In this document: in pieces, positions 8,324-14,675 of the stretch
How positions within the stretch are numbered: position 1 is the stretch's first letter
How the letters are laid out: every line of letters starts with the position of its first letter
NCBI GenBank assembly: GCA_018894615.1
Contig: JAHIPL010000147.1
Coordinates: 1-14,675, forward strand
DNA: 14,675 bases
Origin: Acidobacteriota bacterium
GTDB lineage: Bacteria > Acidobacteriota > Aminicenantia > Aminicenantales > Aminicenantaceae
Reading direction: 5' to 3'
The notes under the pieces: model-generated
The model's input: the letters and a program-made list of their open reading frames with translations, nothing else
What the model was told of the DNA's origin: nothing
The model's database searches: none
Program-made: the position numbers and the translations under genes

Positions 8324-10072
8324 TTATATCACAGGGCCGGGATGCTTGTCTTTCACCCTCCTGACCTGCTCGAGAAGCCCTTTTATCTCTTCCGTGGGAA
8401 AAAGGGCGAAATCCCTGGTCAAAAGTTCCAGGGCCCGGTCATAATCCTGAAGAATGATATAAAACTTCGCCGCATGGAGCAGAATGAGATGGTTTTCTGG
8501 AAAGAGGCTGAGAAGACGATCGATGATGTTCCGGCCTTCTTCCGGCCTGTCCGTCAGGGCCAGATAGGAGGCATAAGTCACATAAAAATGCTGGGACATA
8601 TTGGGACCGGTCCGAAGGAGTTCATCAAAATAGCGTTTTGCCTCATCCGGACGGCCGTTAAAGGTGTAAAAAGCCGCCAGTTCTTCATGTATCCGCGTTT
8701 TGAAACGGGTATAAAGGAAATGATCGGACCTGGAGAGAATGCTGTTGAATATCTCCAGGCTCTTCTCTTCGTTTTCACTGAGGGAAAACTGGGCGATGTT
8801 GAAACGGGCCAGAATATTCTCTCTGTCGTATTTTTTGATTCCCGTCCAGAATTCCTTTTCGCTGCTTCCAAACGCTCTGTTCTTCGGATACAGCTCCATC
8901 CCATAGAGGGCGAGAAGGCCGATCAGGACCAGAATGGAAACGGCCGGTCGCTTTCCTCCCTGCCGAAAAAGAGACGCCATGCCGCCGATAAAAAACACAG
9001 AGGGAAGGTAGAGAAATCTCCAGGCCAGAAAGGAGACAGTGGCCTCTGAGAAAATGACCAGCACGGAGGGCAGAAGAGAAAGAAGGAAGCCTGTCAGAAG
9101 AAGCGCAGGAGTGAGCCATTTTTTTTGATTTCGCCGGAACGCCGCAAGCATCACAACACCGGATACGACAGCAAGACCGCCGAGAAGCAAAAATTCAGTC
9201 CGTCCGAAGATTCTGTCCGCATCGATGGTGAATGGCAGGTTGAAGGGAAAAACCAAACGATACACATAATATCCGATGGATGCGAACAAATCTCCGAAGG
9301 GACGGCCTGAAAGCAAAAAACCCGATGAGGAGAGGGACAAAGATCTCAATCCGAACCAGGCGGCAAAAGCGATCAGGAAGGGAGACATTTCACGGACAAG
9401 AATTTTCAGTCGGCGGTTTCGGGAAAAAAATATCATCAAAAAGACGGCGGGCAAAAAAAGGGCCGTTTCCTTTGACAGGAGGGAAAAAAAATAGAACAGG
9501 CCGGACAGCCGGAGACTGTGGGAGCGGTCGGTTTTCAGGTAGCGCAGAAGCAGAAGACAGGAGAAGGCAATAAACAGGAAGGAAAGAAGATCGGTTCTCC
9601 CCGAAATCCAGGCGACATTTTCAAAATGCAGCGGGAAAAAGGAAAAAAGAAGCGCGCCGAAAAAGGAGGGGAACGGCCCCACCCCCAAGAGGGAAAGAAA
9701 ATAGAACAGGAGAGAGACATTGAGAATGTGAAGACAGATGTTCGTCAGGTGGAAAGCGGCCGGATTTTTCCCCCAGACGGAGAAATCCAGCCAGTAGGAG
9801 AGGGATGTCAGCGGACGGTAGAACTGGCTCACCCGCTCCAGCCGCCGGCTGTTTTCATCCTTGCCGAGAGATCCGCCGAAGGGCGATGTCAAAAATTTTG
9901 ATAAAAATTGCGGATCATGGAGTGCGGGATTCTCCGTGATGAGAAGCACATCGTCCCAGAGAAAATCCCCGGACATGGATGGAAGAAAGAGGGCCAGATT
10001 GACCGTGACCAGAATCAGGATGAAGACAAGGTTCTGTCTGGTTGAGGGGCTCATGATGTCGATCTTCATCAT
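8324..10072 (-). CDS. Polytopic GT-C-fold glycosyltransferase of the PMT/TMTC (COG1807-like, DUF1736-type) family with a C-terminal TPR domain (582 aa).
   Basis: About 11 predicted TM segments occupy the first ~400 aa. An early DD motif (FLWDDVLLITENP) and the TMTC-like loop motif PLHFENVAWISGRTDLLSFLF are present. The C-terminal ~180 aa is TPR-like helical repeats (YFDELL..., ALELLTRDFAL...). It follows the pilA terminator directly. Confidence 0.7.
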   Translation of the reverse strand: MMKIDIMSPSTRQNLVFILILVTVNLALFLPSMSGDFLWDDVLLITENPALHDPQFLSKFLTSPFGGSLGKDENSRRLERVSQFYRPLTSLSYWLDFSVWGKNPAAFHLTNICLHILNVSLLFYFLSLLGVGPFPSFFGALLFSFFPLHFENVAWISGRTDLLSFLFIAFSCLLLLRYLKTDRSHSLRLSGLFYFFSLLSKETALFLPAVFLMIFFSRNRRLKILVREMSPFLIAFAAWFGLRSLSLSSSGFLLSGRPFGDLFASIGYYVYRLVFPFNLPFTIDADRIFGRTEFLLLGGLAVVSGVVMLAAFRRNQKKWLTPALLLTGFLLSLLPSVLVIFSEATVSFLAWRFLYLPSVFFIGGMASLFRQGGKRPAVSILVLIGLLALYGMELYPKNRAFGSSEKEFWTGIKKYDRENILARFNIAQFSLSENEEKSLEIFNSILSRSDHFLYTRFKTRIHEELAAFYTFNGRPDEAKRYFDELLRTGPNMSQHFYVTYASYLALTDRPEEGRNIIDRLLSLFPENHLILLHAAKFYIILQDYDRALELLTRDFALFPTEEIKGLLEQVRRVKDKHPGPVI

Positions 10073-10111
10073 ACTGAAAAGAAGGAATCATCGCAATGCC
10101 GCCTCTTATGC

Positions 10112-10145
10112 AAAAAAAAAGGCGGCACGGGAAAACCGTGCCGCC
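10112..10145 (-). terminator. Rho-independent terminator downstream of pilA, minus strand.
   Basis: On the minus strand a perfect 10-bp GC-rich stem GGCGGCACGG / CCGTGCCGCC (10145-10136 and 10130-10121) has a 5-nt loop and is followed by T9 (10120-10112). It lies 32 bp after the pilA stop. Confidence 0.7.
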
Positions 10146-10176
10146 GGTTGATGCTTATTCAGATTGATGCTGAATA

Positions 10177-10713
10177 TCAGCTTCCGGATCCGCCGAGCCT
10201 TGTCTGCGGTCCGCGAATCCAGCTTCCGTTCCACATAACCAGGTCATAGTCGAAGCTGGCCATGCTGCTCGTTGTGAACATACCCGTACCGGGAGTGGTG
10301 ACATAATCACCGGATTCCTGCGTGTTGTCACGGCCGAAGGAGGCCACGACAAAATCCTGGTTTGAGGATCCGGCGATACCGTAATTTCCGTTGCAGTTAG
10401 TCTGCCCCCAGATGGAGAACGCATTGCCCCATTGGTCATTGACGGGTAAAACCGTGATGTAAAAAGGCGCCATGGTCGTGTAAAAGGCGCTTCCCGCCGT
10501 GTAGGTCCCGTTTTGGTTGTAGACCACACCATTGTCCGTCATATAATCCACCATGACACTTGAAATGGTGCTGACATCCTTCATGGTCCCTTTCTGTTTC
10601 GCCTTCTGCATGGCCGTGATGGCATTGGGGATGAGGAGAGCGGCCAAAATCCCGATAATAGCCACGACGATCAGAAGTTCGATCAACGTAAAACCTTTCG
10701 CTTTTTTGTTCAT
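10177..10713 (-). CDS. pilA: Type IVa major pilin precursor (178 aa) with a class III prepilin leader.
   Basis: MNKKAKG|FTLIELLIVVAIIGILAA shows the PilD-site hallmarks: Gly-1, Phe+1, Glu+5. The RBS GGAGG (plus-strand CCTCC at 10719-10723) sits 5 nt upstream of ATG 10713. The longer ORF-track start at 10797 would overlap the sigma54 promoter and is rejected. Confidence 0.85.
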   Translation of the reverse strand: MNKKAKGFTLIELLIVVAIIGILAALLIPNAITAMQKAKQKGTMKDVSTISSVMVDYMTDNGVVYNQNGTYTAGSAFYTTMAPFYITVLPVNDQWGNAFSIWGQTNCNGNYGIAGSSNQDFVVASFGRDNTQESGDYVTTPGTGMFTTSSMASFDYDLVMWNGSWIRGPQTRLGGSGS

Positions 10714-10760
10714 AAAAACCTCCATTTTTGATCTTTTCAAAATATTAAAATTAATTATAG

Positions 10761-10776
10761 TGCAATATGCATGCCA
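10761..10776 (-). promoter_or_regulatory. Sigma54 (RpoN) -24/-12 promoter of pilA.
   Basis: The minus strand reads TGGCATGCATATTGCA, a near-consensus TGGCAC-N5-TTGCW with GG-N10-GC spacing. The predicted TSS is about 10749, leaving a ~36-nt leader that contains the GGAGG RBS. Confidence 0.7.
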
Positions 10777-10846
10777 TTTTCCGGAATTTTTATCCATCAG
10801 ATAACAAACAAATTAAAAACGGATGAGTATCAAAACGAGGCCGGAA

Positions 10847-10884
10847 TGACACATATTGTCACCCATCGTGACAATAATTGTCAC
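10847..10884 (-). promoter_or_regulatory. Candidate PilR (NtrC-family) enhancer: two tandem palindromes TGACA-N5-TGTCA.
   Basis: The sequence is TGACAcatatTGTCAcccatcgTGACAataatTGTCAC, i.e. two identical inverted repeats whose centres are 21 bp (two helical turns) apart. They lie 70-120 bp upstream of the sigma54 promoter, and the spacer in between is AT-rich and probably bent. The TGTC half-sites agree with the PilR recognition element described in Pseudomonas. Confidence 0.5.
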
Positions 10885-10912
10885 TTTTCTGTGATGTAAT
10901 GTCCTCCGTTCC

Positions 10913-12277
10913 TCAGTCCTTCAGATCGAATTTTTCGATGAGATAGCGGAGGGATCGGTAGTTGAGCCCGAGAATCCGGGCGGATTCCTTGAGGTTTCCT
11001 CCCGTTTGACGCAGGGCTTCGGAGAGATATTTCCGTGACAGGTCATCCAGAGCGGCATTGAGGTTGAATCCATCCCGGATGGAAAGGGGGGCGGCTGTTT
11101 CGGTGGAGGATTCGAGCAGTTCCGGGGGAAGGCTGTCCCTCGTGATGGTTTCACGGTCTTCTATGGCGACGATCCGTTCCATGGTGTTCTCCAGTTCACG
11201 GATGTTTCCCGGCCAGGGATAGCGATCGAGGATGTTCATGACTTCCGGACTGATTCGCTTCATCCGGCGTTTCATTTTCTCGCTGTACTTCCGCAGAAAA
11301 TAATCGACAAGGAGGGGAATATCCCCATTCCGTTCTCTCAGCGGAGGGATGTCGAGGGAGATCACATGCAGTCGGTAGTACAGATCTTCACGAAATTCCT
11401 TCTCCGCAATTTTGTCCTTCAGATTTTTGTTGGTGGCGGAGATGATGCGAACATCGACGGGAATCTCCCGGATGCCGCCCAGCTGCCGAATGGTCCTTTC
11501 CTGGAGCGCCCGCAGAAACTTGACCTGAATCACGGAAGACATTTCACTGATTTCATCAAGGAAGAGAGTCCCCTTTTCGGCGACCTCAAACATCCCTTTC
11601 TTCAGCACCACCGCTCCGGTGAAAGCCCCTTTCACGTGGCCGAACAGTTCACTTTCCAGAAGATTCTCCGGAAGCGCCCCGCAGTTCAGGGAAATGAACG
11701 GTTGATCCCGTCTGTCGGACAGATAATGAATGGCGCGGGCGGCCATCTCCTTTCCCGTTCCGCTTTCACCCGTGATAAGAACTGTTGAATCCGTGGCGGC
11801 GATTTTTTCGATGAGGTCAAAAACGGCTTGGATCTTTTGGCTTTTGCCCACCATGTTATGAAACTCATACTTCTGCCGCAGTTCCTTTTTAAGGCGCACG
11901 TTTTCGCTCTGCAGCCGTCTTTTTTCCAATCCCTGCCTGACAATGATTTTTAGTTCATCTATGTCAAAAGGCTTCACGACATAATCGAGTGCACCGATTT
12001 TCATGGCTTCCACAGCCTGTGCGATGGTGCCGTAAGCCGTCATGAGTATCACCGGCACTTCGGGCTTTGAGGAACTGACAGCCTGCAGAACATCCATTCC
12101 TCCCATTTTGGGAAGCTTGATGTCGGACAGGACAAGATCATAATCTCCGTTTTCGATGAGTTCGAGGGCGCGCTCGGCGTTTATAGCCGTCCCCACTTCA
12201 AGGCCTTCCTTCCTGAATACCATGGAGAGAAGATCGAGGATGCCCTTCTCGTCATCTATGATCAGTATCTTTTCCAT
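10913..12277 (-). CDS. pilR: Sigma54-dependent two-component response regulator (NtrC family).
   Basis: Three domains are visible: a receiver ([10 protein letters not shown]), an AAA+ sigma54-activation domain (GESGTGKE Walker A, GAFTGA motif), and a C-terminal Fis-type HTH. RBS AGGAGA lies 4 nt before the ATG. The gene sits between a sensor kinase gene and pilA with its binding sites and sigma54 promoter. Confidence 0.85.
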   Translation of the reverse strand: MEKILIIDDEKGILDLLSMVFRKEGLEVGTAINAERALELIENGDYDLVLSDIKLPKMGGMDVLQAVSSSKPEVPVILMTAYGTIAQAVEAMKIGALDYVVKPFDIDELKIIVRQGLEKRRLQSENVRLKKELRQKYEFHNMVGKSQKIQAVFDLIEKIAATDSTVLITGESGTGKEMAARAIHYLSDRRDQPFISLNCGALPENLLESELFGHVKGAFTGAVVLKKGMFEVAEKGTLFLDEISEMSSVIQVKFLRALQERTIRQLGGIREIPVDVRIISATNKNLKDKIAEKEFREDLYYRLHVISLDIPPLRERNGDIPLLVDYFLRKYSEKMKRRMKRISPEVMNILDRYPWPGNIRELENTMERIVAIEDRETITRDSLPPELLESSTETAAPLSIRDGFNLNAALDDLSRKYLSEALRQTGGNLKESARILGLNYRSLRYLIEKFDLKD

Positions 12278-12289
12278 TGTTCTCCTCTG

Positions 12290-13573
12290 TCAGCGGTAGA
12301 GGCCGTTCTCTCTCTGGGCGGGAAAGGTGATGAGGATTTCAGTCCCGACATCCTTCTCCGAAAGCAGCGATATGGTCCCTCTATACTCATCCACAATTCG
12401 TTTCACAACGGAAAGACCGATCCCCTGCCCGCTTTCAAATCCGGAATAAAAGGGCTCAAACACCATTTTCCGTCTTTCTTCCGACATGCCGATGCCCGTA
12501 TCAATAAACTGGAGATGGGTCATCCGCCTTTTCCCCTTCTTCAGGTTGATGGTGAGCGTTCCTCCATTCGGCATGGCCTTGGCCGCGTTTTTTATGAGGT
12601 TCCAGAAAAGCTGTTTGAACTGATTGGAACTGCCGTAAAAGATTAAATCCGCTTCCCTGAAATTTCCCGCCAGCTCCACGGTGTTCGGCAGATCCCCGCT
12701 GCTCTGGAGGATGAACAGGATTTCCTTCAGGACATCGGAAAGAAGGAAGGAGCTGACCACAATTTTACCCGGTGAGGAGAGAGACAAAAAATGATCAAAA
12801 GACTGGGAAATCCGGCGGGACTCGGAAACGACAATATCCATTAGCTGTTTTTTTTCGTCCGTCAGCTCGATTTCCCGGCTCAGCACCTGAATGGAACCGG
12901 ATATGGCGGCCAAAGGATTTCTGATTTCGTGCGCCAGGTGGGCGGCCATGTCTCCGGCAAGCGCGAGCTGTTTCTTTATCTCCAGTTCCCTGCGGGTCCG
13001 GTCCAGTTCAATCCTGGTTTTTCTCAGATTCCTCGTCAGATAATTGGAGAGCAGGGCGACGAGGAAAAAGGCACTCCAGGCAATAAAAATACTGTTGAGG
13101 AATACTCCGGTTTCGATCCTTTCCTCAGGATTCCCCCCGAAATAGGGAATGACGCCGAAGAAGAGGAGATCCACAAGAAGACCGAAAAAAATGGACGATA
13201 AAGCCGCTGTCAGATAAGCCGCTTTTCCGGACAAAAGAATGCCGGCGGCGACGATTTCAAAAATGTACAAAAAATAAAACGTGCCCTGAAGCCCGCCGGA
13301 AATGTAGACCAGAACGGTGATGATGAAGAGATCGATCAGAATCTGAAGATAGAGCTGCACCACGTAATGCTTCCATATGGACTGCAGCAGGAGATACACA
13401 AGGGACAACGCAAAAATCCCGAAGATAACAAAATAATAGGTATTGATTTCAAGATAGGTGGACGTGCCGAATTGAATGCTGATGGCAGCGATGAGAAGGG
13501 CCATGGCCACCGCCGCCCGGATGACAATGACCTGAAGAAGGGTTCTTCTGGTGACATTTTCATTTTTTATCAT
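12290..13573 (-). CDS. pilS: Sensor histidine kinase with ~6 N-terminal TM helices, a HisKA domain and a HATPase domain.
   Basis: H-box AHLAHEIRNPLAAISGSIQVL, N-box LFWNLIKNAAKAM, G-boxes DTGIGM and GQGIGLSV are all present, and the N-terminal 180 aa are hydrophobic. It ends 12 nt upstream of pilR. Confidence 0.8.
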   Translation of the reverse strand: MIKNENVTRRTLLQVIVIRAAVAMALLIAAISIQFGTSTYLEINTYYFVIFGIFALSLVYLLLQSIWKHYVVQLYLQILIDLFIITVLVYISGGLQGTFYFLYIFEIVAAGILLSGKAAYLTAALSSIFFGLLVDLLFFGVIPYFGGNPEERIETGVFLNSIFIAWSAFFLVALLSNYLTRNLRKTRIELDRTRRELEIKKQLALAGDMAAHLAHEIRNPLAAISGSIQVLSREIELTDEKKQLMDIVVSESRRISQSFDHFLSLSSPGKIVVSSFLLSDVLKEILFILQSSGDLPNTVELAGNFREADLIFYGSSNQFKQLFWNLIKNAAKAMPNGGTLTINLKKGKRRMTHLQFIDTGIGMSEERRKMVFEPFYSGFESGQGIGLSVVKRIVDEYRGTISLLSEKDVGTEILITFPAQRENGLYR

Positions 13574-13620
13574 CAGGCCAATCGTTTTCCGCCGGCGGAC
13601 ACGCTTTCGAAACGTGAGGC

Positions 13621-14675
13621 TCAGCCCATCTGATTCATCAAATCAAAAATGGGCAGGTACATGGAGATCACCATGACTCCGACCATTCCGCCGACAAAAA
13701 TAAGGAGAATGGGCTCAAGAATGGACAGCATTGATGCGACGGAGGATTCCACCTCGTCATCATAAAAACCGGCCATTTTGGAGAGCATGGTATCCAGGGT
13801 TCCCGTTGCTTCACCGACTCCGATCATCTGGATCATCATAAAAGGAAACCGCCCCGACTCCTTGAAGGCATCCGTCAGGCTGGTTCCCTCCGAAACCATG
13901 GAGCGGGCCTTCATGATGTTCTTTTCAACAAGAATGTTTCCGGCTGTGGAAGACGTTATTTTCAGGCTTTCCAGCATGGGTACGCCGCCGGAGAGAAGCG
14001 TACTCAAGGTCCGCGTCACGCGGGACAGCCCCACTTTTTCAATCAGGCTGCCGAACAGGGGGATTTTCAGCAAGAGGGGATCGATCACCCGACGTCCCCG
14101 GTCCGTTTTTTTGGCATAGCGGTAAAACGCGATGAGGCCGACGAGCCCGATCACGATGAACAGGATGTAGTTCTGAACAAACGTACTCATCCCCACAATC
14201 ATTCGGGTCATTCCCGGAAGTGTGGCCCCAAGCTCCAGGAATATATTCGCAAAAATCGGAATGACCTTCCACATCATAAAAATCATGACAATGACGGAAA
14301 AACCCAGAATGGCGGTCGGATAAATCATGGCCTGGCGGACCTGTGCTCTCAGCTTGACAACGTTTTCCAGGTAATCCGCCAGTCTCTTCAACATGACATC
14401 CAGCGAGCCGCTCTGTTCCCCCGAAGCGATCAGATTGCAGTAGAGGTCGTCAAAAACTTTGGGAAATTTTCTTTTGGCCTGGTTCAAAGTCGAACCTGCC
14501 TCCACATCGCCCCGGATTTCCGTTATGACCCGTTTAAAATACTTGTTTTTGGTCTGTTCGGCCAAGATCGTCAATCCCTGAATCAACGGCAGTTCCGCAT
14601 CGATCAGAACGGACAACTGCCGGCTGTAGATGGCCAGTTCCTTCAGGGCGACTTTTTTGCTTTCAAACACAGAGA
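13621..14675 (-). CDS. pilC: Type IV pilus assembly platform protein PilC (GspF family). The N-terminal ~60 aa lie beyond the window edge.
   Basis: There are two GspF/T2SF repeats: ELAIYSRQLSVLIDAELPLIQGL and ...ARSMVSEGTSLTDAF..., plus three TM regions. The M at 14670 is internal, because the first GspF repeat normally starts near residue 70. Confidence 0.85.
   Translation of the reverse strand, partial: SVFESKKVALKELAIYSRQLSVLIDAELPLIQGLTILAEQTKNKYFKRVITEIRGDVEAGSTLNQAKRKFPKVFDDLYCNLIASGEQSGSLDVMLKRLADYLENVVKLRAQVRQAMIYPTAILGFSVIVMIFMMWKVIPIFANIFLELGATLPGMTRMIVGMSTFVQNYILFIVIGLVGLIAFYRYAKKTDRGRRVIDPLLLKIPLFGSLIEKVGLSRVTRTLSTLLSGGVPMLESLKITSSTAGNILVEKNIMKARSMVSEGTSLTDAFKESGRFPFMMIQMIGVGEATGTLDTMLSKMAGFYDDEVESSVASMLSILEPILLIFVGGMVGVMVISMYLPIFDLMNQMG

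Noticed and set aside
7705-9049. Plus-strand ORFs of 219 aa (7705-8364) and 376 aa (7919-9049) antisense to the acyltransferase and glycosyltransferase genes.
   Set aside because: Highly basic, low-complexity translations (runs of R/K/Q). The minus-strand products have clear PlsC and TMTC-like motifs.
9484-9712. Repeated 12-mer aaatagaacagg at about 9491 and 9701.
   Set aside because: Both copies encode the recurring LFYF[FL]SLL transmembrane motif of the glycosyltransferase on the minus strand. This is internal protein-level repetition, not a DNA repeat element.
10714-10797. Upstream in-frame extension of pilA (ORF-track start at 10797, MDKNSGKWHAYCTIINFNILKRSKMEVF...).
   Set aside because: It would place the start codon upstream of the sigma54 -24/-12 elements and the predicted TSS. 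ATG 10713 has a perfect GGAGG RBS, and the class III leader MNKKAKG|F is of canonical length.
10777-10846. Possible IHF site between the PilR palindromes and the sigma54 promoter.
   Set aside because: Only partial cores are present (TATCAA / TTGATA) without the full WATCAANNNNTTR consensus. The AT-rich spacer may bend intrinsically. Not callable by eye.
1-14675. CRISPR arrays, IS/transposon ends, integrase or phage genes, tRNA/rRNA genes.
   Set aside because: No direct-repeat/spacer periodicity, no terminal inverted repeats or transposase-like ORFs, and no tRNA-like cloverleaf candidates were seen in any intergenic region. The window looks like core chromosome.

Overview
This 14.7-kb window is a chromosomal segment of a Gram-negative, sigma54-using bacterium at roughly 55% GC. 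The gene content resembles the pilS-pilR-pilA organisation of Deltaproteobacteria and Myxococcus. The plus-strand half (1-6967) reads: 3' end of rph; overlapping UDP-glucuronate decarboxylase (UXS); a 211-bp leader; a flotillin (SPFH) gene; a 780-aa natural fusion of a subgroup-Ib aspartate aminotransferase to an HprK/PEPCK-superfamily P-loop kinase-like domain carrying a 6-Cys cluster; then a PEP-carboxykinase(ATP)-like gene that lacks most of the canonical N-terminal domain and has an ambiguous 5' region with possible frame disruptions. The minus-strand half (6960-14675) is a type IV pilus locus: pilC (partial), pilS, pilR, and a 178-aa pilA. pilA is driven by a clear sigma54 promoter (TGGCAT-N5-TTGCA) with two TGACA-N5-TGTCA palindromes upstream, and is closed by a strong Rho-independent terminator. 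Immediately downstream on the same strand are a polytopic TMTC/PMT-like GT-C glycosyltransferase with TPR repeats, a PlsC-family acyltransferase and gmhA. The two places most worth a second look are the aminotransferase-kinase fusion with the truncated PEPCK-like neighbour (a possible Asp->OAA->PEP unit or a new kinase pair), and the pilA-adjacent TMTC-like glycosyltransferase module as a candidate pilin O-glycosylation system. The many long antisense ORFs in the six-frame track are judged spurious. All calls rest on reading the translations and DNA by eye; no searches were run.
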